Below are positions 52,373 through 62,476 of a stretch of 64,000 nt of DNA, in pieces. The notes below the pieces were generated by a model. That model had not been told where the DNA came from. It worked only from the letters and a program-made list of their open reading frames with translations, and did not search any database. Position 1 is the first letter of the stretch; each line of letters starts with the position of its first letter. The position numbers were made by a program, and so were the translations under genes. This DNA is from Candidatus Eremiobacteria bacterium (GTDB taxonomy: Bacteria > Vulcanimicrobiota > Vulcanimicrobiia > Vulcanimicrobiales > Vulcanimicrobiaceae), in assembly GCA_963737065.1 (NCBI GenBank), contig CAVTRC010000002.1, positions 256,001 to 320,000 on the forward strand. Reading direction: 5' to 3'.

Positions 52373-52864
52373 CTATACGATGCCGGCACGCAACGCGTGA
52401 ACTGCAACTTGCGTGCGCGCTGTGAGATGCAATTTCGCGAGGATGTGCGAGACGTGATTCTTCACCGTTTTGTCCGACAGCTGCAATCGCATGCTGATTT
52501 GTTTATTCGAAAGACCTTCGGCGACGAGGCGGACCACTTGGAGTTCTCGTTCGGATAAGAGAGACCGCCAATCCGTTCCGCTTGGAACGGGCTGAAGATG
52601 TCGTGACGGCGCGGACGGCATTGCAGCCAGCGACTTTACCGTCGCGATGAAGTCTGCGATCGGGACGTCGTGCAGCACATCGAGCAACGACTGATCGATA
52701 ACGACGTGGGCGGCCGGGTGATCGGAGTCATTCGTTGCGGACGTGCCGACGACCGCGATGCCGGGATCGAGCTGAAGCAGTCGCGCGATCGCGGTGCGAA
52801 CAGCAGAATCAGCACCCACTATAAACGCTGACGTGACGTCAGCTTGGGATGATGCAAGGGACAT
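52373..52864 (-). CDS. LuxR/NarL-type regulator with truncated, degenerate receiver domain
   Basis: LSERELQVVRLVAEGLSNKQI...TVKNHVSHILAKL; N-terminal REC remnant. Confidence 0.9.
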   Translation of the reverse strand: MSLASSQADVTSAFIVGADSAVRTAIARLLQLDPGIAVVGTSATNDSDHPAAHVVIDQSLLDVLHDVPIADFIATVKSLAAMPSAPSRHLQPVPSGTDWRSLLSERELQVVRLVAEGLSNKQISMRLQLSDKTVKNHVSHILAKLHLTARTQVAVHALRAGIV

Positions 52865-52923
52865 GGTTGCCTTTCCGTGGCTCGGCTGGCGCCAGCATAA
52901 TACGACGTCCGGCTTTCTCGGGA

Positions 52924-52962
52924 CTTACGGACTAATTACAGCGCCATTACAAACCGATTACA
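52924..52962. promoter_or_regulatory. Phased direct repeats with 11-bp period
   Basis: CTTACG 52924, ATTACA 52935, 52946, 52957. Confidence 0.7.
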
Positions 52963-52967
52963 CTGGT

Positions 52968-55743
52968 ATGGTGCCCGCTGCGACCGTCGACCGGGTGCGA
53001 CTGCGTAGCCGCTTGGAGCGGTTGCGGCCGGCTATTGTCGTGCTTGCAGCGCCCGCCGGCTACGGGAAAACTGCGCTGATTCGGTCGCTCTACGGGGCCG
53101 ATCCCGACGCGCGGATCTGCGATTGTGACGGATTACGCGACGAGCTCGACCTCGCGCGGCGGCTGATGCCGGAAATCGACGCTGAGCTGAGCGACGGCGG
53201 CCGAACGATCGCGGAACGCGTGTCGCTCGCGCTCGACTTCCTTTCGCTACACGCGCCCGGCCGAATGATCTTCGACCGCGCGCGCTTCATCGGGCGGCAT
53301 CCCGAGGCGCTGAAGTTTTTTACGCAGATATTGGAGCGCCGCTCGGCCGGAACGACGATCGTCATCTCGGCACGCGACGCCGTTCCGTTGCGGCTGACGC
53401 GCTACGCCGCCCCGCACGAGATCATCGTGCTCCGCGCCGCCGATCTCGCCTTCGATCGCGACGAGCAGCGCGCGCTCTTTGCCCCTTACGTGACGGAAAA
53501 CGCCGCGCTGGAACGCATCGCTGAAGTTTCCGAAGGGTGGCCGATCGCGGTGTTCTTGCTGCAGCGTTTCGCGCGTGAAGGAAGGCTCGACGAACTTCTA
53601 CATCGCTTGGATGACGTCGCGTTCGACGAACTGCGCGATTATCTCGTCGACGAAGTGTTTTCGCTCTACGATTCGCCGGCGTTGTTCGCTTTGTTTGCAT
53701 GCGCCGCGATGCCGCACGCTACCGACGCCGATGTTCGCGATGCGTTTCCCGAATGCGTTGAACGGAACCGCACTCGCCGAGTTTGCCAGGGAGTCGCCGT
53801 TCCTCCGGCGCGACGCGGAAGGGCGCTATCGCGTGCATCCGCTCGCCGCGGCCGCGGTCTTGGCGCATCAGCACGAGCGGCAACGTCTGCTCGTGGCGCA
53901 ACTCGCACGTGCGCGTGAAGGCGACGGCGATTATCTTCGAGCGGCCGAATTATACGTCGCGAATCGTGATTTCGACGCAGCGGCGAGAGCGCTTGCGCGC
54001 TACGACGTTTTGCCGATGGCGCGCCCGCCGCAGCGATATCTCGATCTGCTGAACGGGTTTACACCCTCACAGCTCATCCGCTATCCGCAGCTTTTTGGCG
54101 TTCACGCGCTGATGCGGCTCTTTCGCGATTCGCCGCAAGCACTTCTCGACGAAGCGGAGTCGCTCTGGCGAACGATACCGCGGGCGGCGTTGCCGCGCGA
54201 GCGTTATGCGCTCTTGGTGCTTCGCATGCAGTTGCTCGCATATCTCGGTGAACACGCGCGCGCTTGCGAGCAACTGCAAGAGGCAATCGGTGGCGCATCC
54301 GGTACGAGTCTAGAGACGTCACTTCTGCCGATGCGCGCCTTCGTTCGCGCGCGTTGCGGTGAGCTCAGCGCTGCGACCGGCGACATCGACCGTTCGTTGC
54401 CCGCGATCATGGAAGCCGATGGGATGGCAGCCTGCTTGTATGTGACGATGGCGGAAGTCGCGCGCATACGCGGCGATCGCACGGAAGTGCAATTTCTCCA
54501 AAGCGCGCTCGTACGTGCACGCGAATCGGGTTTCGCAAACCTGCCGGCATTGGTGCTCGCGCAGATCCTGGTTGGCGCGTGGCTCTGCGGAGACGACGAG
54601 CGAGCGCGCGGCGCAGCCGAAGAGCTCGGTCGATCAATCGCAGGCGGCGTTTGCGCTTTTACGTACGTCAGCGGGACGATGCTCCAACGCGACGTCGCTC
54701 CGTCGCCGCGCGATCTGCCGGAATTCGTAATTTACGGAAACCTCATCGAGCTCGTCGATACGCTCGACGAACGGCGGCGGCTGGAACTTGCGCGTGCAGC
54801 CTTCGAACGTGCCGAGCGCCTCGGTCATGCGTTTCTCTCCGTCCTTACTTGCGTGGCACTTGCGCTCGTGGATGAAGCGAATTTTGCGGAGCACGCCGCA
54901 TGCGCGGCGGAGTGTGCAGCATCAATCGACTCGGACGCATTACGAAGCGCCGTTTCGCGCCTCGTCGAGCGAAAACTGGATTGCGGCATGCTATCGGCGT
55001 TCGTCGCGCGCCTCACTCGGGGGGAAAGCGTCATTGCGCCGCTCGACGTCTCGCTCGCGAGCGGGCGCGTTCGCGTCGATGGTGTGCCGGTCGCAATTGC
55101 GCGCCGCGAGCTTGAACTTTTGCTCGCAATTGCGAGCAAACGAGAACCATCGTCGCGCGCCCGGATCGCATCGCTGCTCTGGCCTGATCTGGACGATACT
55201 GCGGCGCGCAACGTTTTTAGCGTCTGTCTTCATCGCTTGCGCGCGCGTCTGCCGCGGCGTGACGCGATCGAACGCGACGGCGACGGATATCGGCTGCATG
55301 CCCATGCGTTCGTCGATCTGTGGGAGGTCGACCGCGCGTTGCGCACTGCGCGAAAGAAAGCGCCGCTCGATGAGCGAGACCGCGCGCATCTCGAGCGCAT
55401 ATGGTCGGTCGTGAACGACGGCGGCTCGCTTTGCGGCGAGGAGTGGGAATGGTTTGAGCCGATCGCGCACCGTCTGCACGAGGCGCGCGTCGAGCTTGCG
55501 CAGATCCTTGGAGACGATGCGCTCGCGCGCGAAGATGCCGTGACGGCACTGCAGTATTCGAAAGCGGCACTCCACGCCGATCGTTGCGACGAACGCGCGG
55601 TCGAAATCGGCATTCGCGCGCACCTAATAGACGGCGATCGTGCGGCCGCGATGCGCCTCTTCCGGCAATACCGCAGCGCGCTCGCCGCTGAACTCGGCGC
55701 TGAGCCGTCGTCATTGCTTTCCGCGCTGGTAAAAAGCGCATGA
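52968..55743 (+). pseudogene. MalT-like ATPase-TPR-wHTH-BTAD (SARP-type) regulator, split by frameshift near 53750
   Basis: APAGYGKT, SEGWP, YRVHPL, RELELL..LWPD..RLRARL wHTH, VDL..DE.A..ELGAEPS BTAD; removing one C from TTTCCCG joins the frames. Confidence 0.85.
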
Positions 55744-56420
55744 TGTATGTGGTTCTCGCGCTCGCGCTTACGCAGGTCGACGTGCTGATCTCCGCCGGAC
55801 ACGAGGGCCGGCCCGCATCGTGCGCTCGCTATCCCAAGCGCGCCTGTAACTTAGGGGCGCACGGCGAACGCGAATGGACGCCCGTCGTCGCCGATGAAGC
55901 GGCGCGCGTCTTGCGCGAACACGGCGTTTCGGTTGCGCGAGAACCGGCAGACTTCGACGGCACGTACGATGTCGATGCCGCGGTGTTCATTCATTTCGAC
56001 GGTTCGACGTCACCGTGTTCGAGCGGCGCATCGATCGGCTATCACGAAGAGCGGTTCGCGCCGGTCGCGCGACAATGGCGTGCGCTGTACTCGCGCTACT
56101 TTCCGTACGGATTTGAACCCGACGACTTCACCGTCGGCCTTCGCGATTATTACGCGTTTCGTCAAGTCGATGCGCGCGACGCTTCGCTCGTTCTCGAACT
56201 CGGCGAATTGACGTGTCCGCCGCAGCGTGCGTGGCTAGCGCCGCGCCTTGCGTTCGAAGGACGCTTGATCGCGTACTTTCTGAGCGGGCTGATCGGCAAA
56301 GGGGACGTGCCGTTACCCTCGGCCAACATCGCAACCCATGCGTCAACTGCCGTTAGCACTGACCGCGCTCGTCGCGTCGCTCGCGCTCATTCCGTGCCGC
56401 GCTCACGCATCCGCCGCTGA
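55740..56420 (+). CDS. N-acetylmuramoyl-L-alanine amidase-like (Amidase_3) protein
   Basis: ISAGHEG, GERE, FIHFDG, LELG zinc/catalytic pattern. Confidence 0.7.
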   Translation: MMYVVLALALTQVDVLISAGHEGRPASCARYPKRACNLGAHGEREWTPVVADEAARVLREHGVSVAREPADFDGTYDVDAAVFIHFDGSTSPCSSGASIGYHEERFAPVARQWRALYSRYFPYGFEPDDFTVGLRDYYAFRQVDARDASLVLELGELTCPPQRAWLAPRLAFEGRLIAYFLSGLIGKGDVPLPSANIATHASTAVSTDRARRVARAHSVPRSRIRR

Positions 56421-59400
56421 TCCGTTCTCCGGCTTAACGTGGCGCAATGCCGGCCCGGCTGTTTCCGGCGGCCGTCTTGGCGCGGTCGCGGGAACCGATC
56501 GAGATGCGTCTTTGTATTACGCGGGCGCGGCCGGCGGGGGCGTATGGAAGTCGACCAATGCCGGCGCGACGTGGACGAGCGTCTTCGACGGTCAGGACGT
56601 GCAGTCGATCGGCGCGATTACAATCGATCCGGTCGAAAAAGAGACGGTCTGGGTCGGCACGGGAGAGTCCAATCCGCGCAACGATGTGACGCAAGGCGAC
56701 GGCATCTATAAAACAATCGATGGCGCAAAAACGTGGACGCGCGTATTGATGCTTCACAACTCGCTCGTGAGCCGCATCGTGGTCGACCCGCGTAACACCG
56801 CGCACGTGGTCGCCGCCGTACTCGGCGATCCGTTTGCGAACAGCGAGGACCGCGGTATCTACGTGACGACCGACGGCGGCGCGACCTGGAAGAAAACGTT
56901 ATACGCCGGTCCTTCAACGGGCGCGTCCGACCTCGTGGCGGATCCGAAAAACGCGAGCGTGCTTTTCGCCGGTATGTGGCAGTATCGCCGTACCGGCTGG
57001 AGCTCCGATAGCGGCGGTCCGCAGGACGGATTGTTCGAATCTACCGACGGCGGCGAAACGTGGACGAAGCTTCACGGCAACGGGTTGCCAAACGAAACGA
57101 TGGGCAAGATCGGTCTCGCGATCGCGCCGTCGAATCCGCAGCGTATCTACGCGCTGATCGAAACGAAGCACGGATTGCTCTGGCGTTCCGACGATGGCGG
57201 AGCAACGTGGCAAGCGACGACCGCGGACCCGCTCATCGACGAGCGTCCGTTCTATTACAGCAAAATTTTCGTCGATCCGGCCAACGCCGATCGCGTGTGG
57301 ACTGAGAACGTGCACATGACCGTCAGCGTCGACGCGGGCAAGCACTTTACGATTACGGGACGAGGCGTGCACGGCGATCACCACGGCATGTGGATCGCGA
57401 ACGACGGGCGGCGGATTATCGAAGCGAACGACGGCGGCGTAGCGTTCTCGCGCGATGGTGGCGCAACGTGGCAATGGGAAAAGAACTTACCGGTTTCGCA
57501 GCCGTATCACATCGGTTTTTCCCGCGAATCGCCATATCGCATTTGTCTCGGATTGCAAGATAACGGAATGTGGTGCGGTCCGTCCAATCCCCTCAATCCC
57601 GCCGGCATCAGTTCGAGTCAATGGATGCGAACCGGCGGCGGGGACGGCACGTGGACGCTCTTCGATCCTCGCGATCCGCGGTATGTATGGCAAACGGCGG
57701 GCGGCGGTAATTTTGCGGGGGCGCTTTCAATTCACGACTTCACGACCTCGGAAACGAGAGAGGTCGGCCCATACGTGCGCGACCAGAACGTGATCGATCC
57801 GAAAGCAATGCGTTATCGCTTCAATTGGGAAACACCGATCGCGTTCGATCCGTTCGACCGTAGCCGCGCGTACACCGCGGGCAATGTGCTCTTCACGAGC
57901 AGCGATCGCGGCATGACATGGTCGCGCATCAGCCCCGACCTCACGCGCAACGATCCGTCACATGAAGTCGTCACCGGCGGAATCACGCTCGACGGAACGG
58001 GCGCCGAAACGAGCGACACGATTCTCTTCATCGAGCCCTCGCGCGCCGCGCGCGGCGAACTCTGGATCGGAACCGACGACGGCCTCGTGCAACTGAGCCG
58101 AGACGGCGGCAAGCATTGGAAAAACGTCACGCCGGCGGGCATCGCGCCTTTCGGACGTTTCGCTTCGATCTCCGCGTCGTCGACCGACTCCGCGACCGCG
58201 TACGCCGTCTATGACTTGCACATGACGGGCGACCGCCGTCCGTACGTATTCGTCACGCATGACTACGGCGGACATTGGACCGGTATCGCAGACGGTCTGC
58301 CGAGCGATGACGAAGCGCGCGCGATTCTCGCCGACCCTCGCGTTGCGCACGTGTTGTATCTCGGCCTCGAGCGTTCGTTGTGGGCGTCGTGGGACGACGG
58401 CGCGAGCTGGCAACGGATCTCGAGCAATCTTCCCGCGCTCTCGATGCGCGACATCGAGCTGCAACCCGACCGTAACGATCTGCTTGTTGCGACACACGGT
58501 CGCGGCGCGTGGATCCTCGACGACGCCGCCGCGCTGCAACACTATGCACAAGCGCGTCGTGCTGACGTCTATCTCGTGGCGCCGCGCGACGCGATCGAGT
58601 GGAATCGCTTCTCGTATTGGGGAACGCGCACGGACGGAGCGGGTCCGGAATACGGAGCGATCATCACTTATTACATGAGATCAGCGGCATCCAACGCCCC
58701 GACGGCCGAGGTCATCGACGAGCATGGAGCAGTCGTACGGCGCTTCACGACGCACGAAGAAGCCGGCAAAGAAGTTGGGGATCTGAGCAATGACCCGGGG
58801 TTCAACCGCTTTGCGTGGGATTTAACGAGCGAAGACGTGCATCCGTGGACGTACGCGCCGCAATGGAACCGCACAACGTTCGCGGGCGGTGCACCCGTCG
58901 TACCCGGGCGCTATACCGTGCGGATTCACGTCGACGGACGAACGTACGCGCGCGCCTTCGTCGTGCGGCAAGATCCCCGCACGCACTACACGATCGCGCA
59001 ATTGAAGGAACGGCGTGCACGCGTACAGGGACTGCTCGGCGATCTTTCGCGTGTCGACGACGCGCTCAATACGCTTGGCGCCGTGGCGGCAAACGGACCG
59101 TCGCGTGTCGCAGCCTTGAACGCCTCGGGTAATACACGTCTCGCGCGCAGCATCGACGCACTTGTGCAGCAGACGCCCGCGCTGATCGCGTCGTTCACGT
59201 CCAATCCGAAAAACGATCAGGACAACGACTTTTTGCCCGACGTCCTGCGCGAACGGCTGCAAACGCAAATCGACACATACTTCGATTCGCTTGCGCCCGC
59301 GACCGCGGAACAACGCCGCGAAGACGCGATCCTGCACCGCCTGACGCAAACGCAGCTCGCCGCATTCGCGCCGTTTGCCGTGACCGTCCGAAATGCCGAT

Positions 59401-59445
59401 GCGCAGCTGCGCGCGGCGAAGATGCAGCCGTTGGATGGACGCTAA
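56338..59445 (+). CDS. Secreted BNR/Asp-box (VPS10-like) beta-propeller glycosyl hydrolase-like protein
   Basis: Signal peptide; many S/T-x-D-G-G-x-T-W repeats; WRNAGPAVSGGR, ATHGRG. Confidence 0.9.
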   Translation: MRQLPLALTALVASLALIPCRAHASAADPFSGLTWRNAGPAVSGGRLGAVAGTDRDASLYYAGAAGGGVWKSTNAGATWTSVFDGQDVQSIGAITIDPVEKETVWVGTGESNPRNDVTQGDGIYKTIDGAKTWTRVLMLHNSLVSRIVVDPRNTAHVVAAVLGDPFANSEDRGIYVTTDGGATWKKTLYAGPSTGASDLVADPKNASVLFAGMWQYRRTGWSSDSGGPQDGLFESTDGGETWTKLHGNGLPNETMGKIGLAIAPSNPQRIYALIETKHGLLWRSDDGGATWQATTADPLIDERPFYYSKIFVDPANADRVWTENVHMTVSVDAGKHFTITGRGVHGDHHGMWIANDGRRIIEANDGGVAFSRDGGATWQWEKNLPVSQPYHIGFSRESPYRICLGLQDNGMWCGPSNPLNPAGISSSQWMRTGGGDGTWTLFDPRDPRYVWQTAGGGNFAGALSIHDFTTSETREVGPYVRDQNVIDPKAMRYRFNWETPIAFDPFDRSRAYTAGNVLFTSSDRGMTWSRISPDLTRNDPSHEVVTGGITLDGTGAETSDTILFIEPSRAARGELWIGTDDGLVQLSRDGGKHWKNVTPAGIAPFGRFASISASSTDSATAYAVYDLHMTGDRRPYVFVTHDYGGHWTGIADGLPSDDEARAILADPRVAHVLYLGLERSLWASWDDGASWQRISSNLPALSMRDIELQPDRNDLLVATHGRGAWILDDAAALQHYAQARRADVYLVAPRDAIEWNRFSYWGTRTDGAGPEYGAIITYYMRSAASNAPTAEVIDEHGAVVRRFTTHEEAGKEVGDLSNDPGFNRFAWDLTSEDVHPWTYAPQWNRTTFAGGAPVVPGRYTVRIHVDGRTYARAFVVRQDPRTHYTIAQLKERRARVQGLLGDLSRVDDALNTLGAVAANGPSRVAALNASGNTRLARSIDALVQQTPALIASFTSNPKNDQDNDFLPDVLRERLQTQIDTYFDSLAPATAEQRREDAILHRLTQTQLAAFAPFAVTVRNADAQLRAAKMQPLDGR

Positions 59446-59456
59446 GCACGGTCGCG

Positions 59457-59624
59457 ATGGCAAGGCTGCTCGTCAAATATTCCGGCTACCGGCGAGCGGC
59501 TATTTTCGCGGCCGAGAACGCGCTGTTGGACGGGAAAGTGCGCTTGCTCTATCTAGAGGAGGACTGTATCGGTTACTATGAGGGCGAGGATGAGTATCCA
59601 GCGGCGTTCGAAGGGCTCACGTAG
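59457..59624 (+). CDS. Possible 55-aa protein upstream of MalT-like regulator
   Basis: ATG ORF filling the gap; its TAG overlaps the AGGAG RBS of the next gene; no RBS of its own. Confidence 0.3.
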   Translation: MARLLVKYSGYRRAAIFAAENALLDGKVRLLYLEEDCIGYYEGEDEYPAAFEGLT

Positions 59625-59630
59625 GAGCCA

Positions 59631-62291
59631 ATGATCCGACCGGTTCGCCCCGACGGTACGATCGAGACCGGCGGAGTGTTCGTACCGATCCAACGGCGGC
59701 GCGTGCTCGACCGTATTGCGTCTGCTGCAATGCAGCGCGTCGTCCTCATCGTCGCACCCGCGGGTTACGGCAAATCCGTCGCATTACGCCAGTTCTTAGA
59801 GCGAGTCGACGGCCCGTACGTTCGCTTCGACGTTCTCTCCGACAACGGTGGATTGCTCGGATTCCTGCGCGGCCTTTCCGATGCGCTTGTCGAGGTCGCG
59901 CCCGATGCGCGCGCGACGCTGGCCGGTGCATATGAAAAGAACGCGGCGTCCGCATCGCCGGGAGCCGATCTCGCGCTGTGGATGCATTCGCATTTGAAGT
60001 CGTATCGCGGCGTGATCGCGATCGACGATCTCCACGTCGCGCAGGACGATCGCGAAGTCACGCGATTCCTCGCATCGCTCATCGACCGGACGAAGGGACG
60101 GGTCCAGTGGGTCATTGCGTCGCGGTCGACGCTCGGACTTCCGATCGGCACGTGGCTTGCCTATGGTGACAGCGATCTGGCAATCGACGAGCATGATCTC
60201 AAGTTTTCGGTGGAAGAAGCCCGCGATGCCGCGCGCGCGTTTCGCCTCGCCGTTCGCGACGAAGAACTCTACGAACTGTTAAATCTTACCGACGGCTGGG
60301 CCACCGCGATGACGTTTGCATTGCGTTCAACCACGCGTTCGGTCGAGCTGCGTAACATCTCGTCGATGACGCGCGACATGGTCTACCGGTATCTCGCAGA
60401 GCAGGTCTACGAGACGCTTAACGACGAGGAATGCCGTTTCATCGAAACCGCGGCGCTGCTAGGCGAGATCGACGTGGACGCTATGGTCGGCGCCGGTTTC
60501 GATCGCGCGTCCGCGATGCTCGATAATTTGCGCCAACGTGTCGCGTTCATTCACGAAGGCGAGCCGGGCCACTACCGCCTCCACGACCTTTTCCGCGAAT
60601 TTGCGCTTCACCAACTGAACCTTCGCGGCAAAGACGTCGTCCTCGAGTATGCCGCGTCGATCGCGCAATCGCTCGAAAAGAAAGCTGACTGGGTCGGGGC
60701 GGTTCGGCTCTACACCGAAGCGCGCGATGCTTCCGCGCTAACGCATCACCTCGAAAAGCAGGGCCTCGACCTCGTTTCGCGCGGCCACGCGGATGACGTC
60801 GAGCGCGCACTCCACGTTATTGAAGAAGCCGGGCAGAGTTCAACGCCCGTGTTTGCGATGCTTCGCGGGACGATTGCCGTCGCGCGCGGGCGGTACGCCG
60901 AAGGCGAGTCGCTTTTACGTTCGTCGGTCGGACGTCTCGAAGATCCCGTCGTGCGCGCGGATGCGGCGACTCGGCTCGCGCTCTTAATGTTCAACCGGCA
61001 CGATGACGTCTCCGAGGTGCTCAACGGGATTTTGTCGGATTCGCGTCTCGATCACTGCCGGCAGCTCGAAGCTCGAGCGATCGTGGCGGCGTGGTATGCG
61101 CATGCTTCGCGCGAGGCGGAAGCGCGGAGCGAGATCAACATCATCGAACGCGAAATCGAGGGTTTGACCGACCAGTCGTCGCTCGCGCGAGTCACGCAAC
61201 GGCTTGGATTCGCCTACATGCGCGTCGGCGACATTACGAAAGCCACGCAACGCCTAAAAGTTGCAGTCGAAATTGCGACCGCACGCGGTATGTGGAGCTT
61301 GGCGGCACGTGCCTACCTATTGCTTTCGGCGATCGCATTTTTGAACGAGAACCAGTCGACGCTGAGTCTGTGGAACGCGCAACAAGCAGCCCTCGCTGCC
61401 GGGCGCGCCGGCGACTATCTTGACTTACAATCATCGCTGCTCACGATCCTTAGTATCGAAAATCGGCGCGGTAATGCGGAACGCGCGCAGCAGGTCGAAC
61501 GGCAATTGGCGGAACTTGGTTCGGCCGATTCGTCGCGCGTACATTACATCACATCGAGCCAGGCGCATCGGCACGCGTGGAACGGACGATACGCGGACGC
61601 GCACCGGCTCTTCGGCAGCGTTCTCGGACGACAAGCGTATGAGGCGGACCGCGTCCTGATTCATTCGCTGTACGCCCTCTCGCTCGCGCTCGACGGACAA
61701 GCGCGTGAAAGCGCCGATGCGGCCACGACTGCCATCGACGTCATTGACCGGACAAGCGACACCGCCGCGTACGGCGAGCTGGTCGTCGAGGTGTCGCGGT
61801 TGTTCGTTATCGCGGCCGAGGTCGCGAGCGGCCGGCTCACCGCGGCGACGCGCCTGCTGAAGAAGCCGCCGCGTTCCGATCACGACATTGCGCGCTGCAT
61901 GCACACGATCGTCGAGGACCTTCTGCGCATCGCCAGGAGCTCGTCGTACGAACCTGAAGAGTTCTCTGCCCGCCTCGAGACCGTACGGGACTTCGGCCTC
62001 GGCGGCTACGCGAAATACTTTGCCCTGGTGCGCGATCATGTTGAATTTCGGCACGACCACCGTGCCGAGATGGAGATCGCTCTCACACCGTCAGAGCTGC
62101 GCATTCTCCGTGCGTTAGCCGCCGGAATGTCTCCGAAGGAAATCGCGGCCGATATGGGGCGGTCGGTCTACACAATCCAGACACATATCCAGAACTTGAT
62201 TGAGAAACTAGGCTGCCACGGTAGAGCAGAAGCGATTGCGGCGGCCCGGAAGCGAGGGTTTCTAGTGGCCGGAGGTAACGGCTCTACTTAA
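59631..62291 (+). CDS. MalT-like STAND ATPase-TPR-LuxR transcriptional regulator
   Basis: APAGYGKS, IDDLH, TDGW, YRLHDLFREF, helical repeats, LTPSELRILRALAAGMSPKEIA HTH. Confidence 0.93.
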   Translation: MIRPVRPDGTIETGGVFVPIQRRRVLDRIASAAMQRVVLIVAPAGYGKSVALRQFLERVDGPYVRFDVLSDNGGLLGFLRGLSDALVEVAPDARATLAGAYEKNAASASPGADLALWMHSHLKSYRGVIAIDDLHVAQDDREVTRFLASLIDRTKGRVQWVIASRSTLGLPIGTWLAYGDSDLAIDEHDLKFSVEEARDAARAFRLAVRDEELYELLNLTDGWATAMTFALRSTTRSVELRNISSMTRDMVYRYLAEQVYETLNDEECRFIETAALLGEIDVDAMVGAGFDRASAMLDNLRQRVAFIHEGEPGHYRLHDLFREFALHQLNLRGKDVVLEYAASIAQSLEKKADWVGAVRLYTEARDASALTHHLEKQGLDLVSRGHADDVERALHVIEEAGQSSTPVFAMLRGTIAVARGRYAEGESLLRSSVGRLEDPVVRADAATRLALLMFNRHDDVSEVLNGILSDSRLDHCRQLEARAIVAAWYAHASREAEARSEINIIEREIEGLTDQSSLARVTQRLGFAYMRVGDITKATQRLKVAVEIATARGMWSLAARAYLLLSAIAFLNENQSTLSLWNAQQAALAAGRAGDYLDLQSSLLTILSIENRRGNAERAQQVERQLAELGSADSSRVHYITSSQAHRHAWNGRYADAHRLFGSVLGRQAYEADRVLIHSLYALSLALDGQARESADAATTAIDVIDRTSDTAAYGELVVEVSRLFVIAAEVASGRLTAATRLLKKPPRSDHDIARCMHTIVEDLLRIARSSSYEPEEFSARLETVRDFGLGGYAKYFALVRDHVEFRHDHRAEMEIALTPSELRILRALAAGMSPKEIAADMGRSVYTIQTHIQNLIEKLGCHGRAEAIAAARKRGFLVAGGNGST

Positions 62292-62304
62292 ATTTCAGTA
62301 GAGC
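62281..62304. promoter_or_regulatory. Palindrome, candidate LuxR-type activator box
   Basis: GCTCTACT-N8-AGTAGAGC; TATTGT -10-like hexamer at 62324-62329. Confidence 0.6.
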
Positions 62305-62361
62305 GTCCGCGCTCGTCACCCCGTATTGTGAAGATAGTCACTTGTCCTGAGGGGGTTTACT

Positions 62362-62451
62362 TTGATCACCGCTGCTGTTCTCGTTGTCGCGCTCGTCTCC
62401 GCCGCCGCCATCGCGCACTGTGAATTTCCTCCCGGCACCATCGGCCACTAG
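62362..62451 (+). CDS. 29-aa putative exported signalling peptide MITAAVLVVALVSAAAIAHCEFPPGTIGH
   Basis: GAGGGGG RBS 6 nt before TTG; hydrophobic core, AIA site, short Cys/Pro/Gly tail; below ORF-track cutoff. Confidence 0.75.
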   Translation: MITAAVLVVALVSAAAIAHCEFPPGTIGH

Positions 62452-62476
62452 TTCGAACCGCTAAGGCTTTCCAGAA

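Noticed and set aside
56338..56420. 83-bp overlap of amidase with BNR gene as a functional overlap
   Set aside because: The amidase tail looks like read-through sequence; could be a lost stop or another indel
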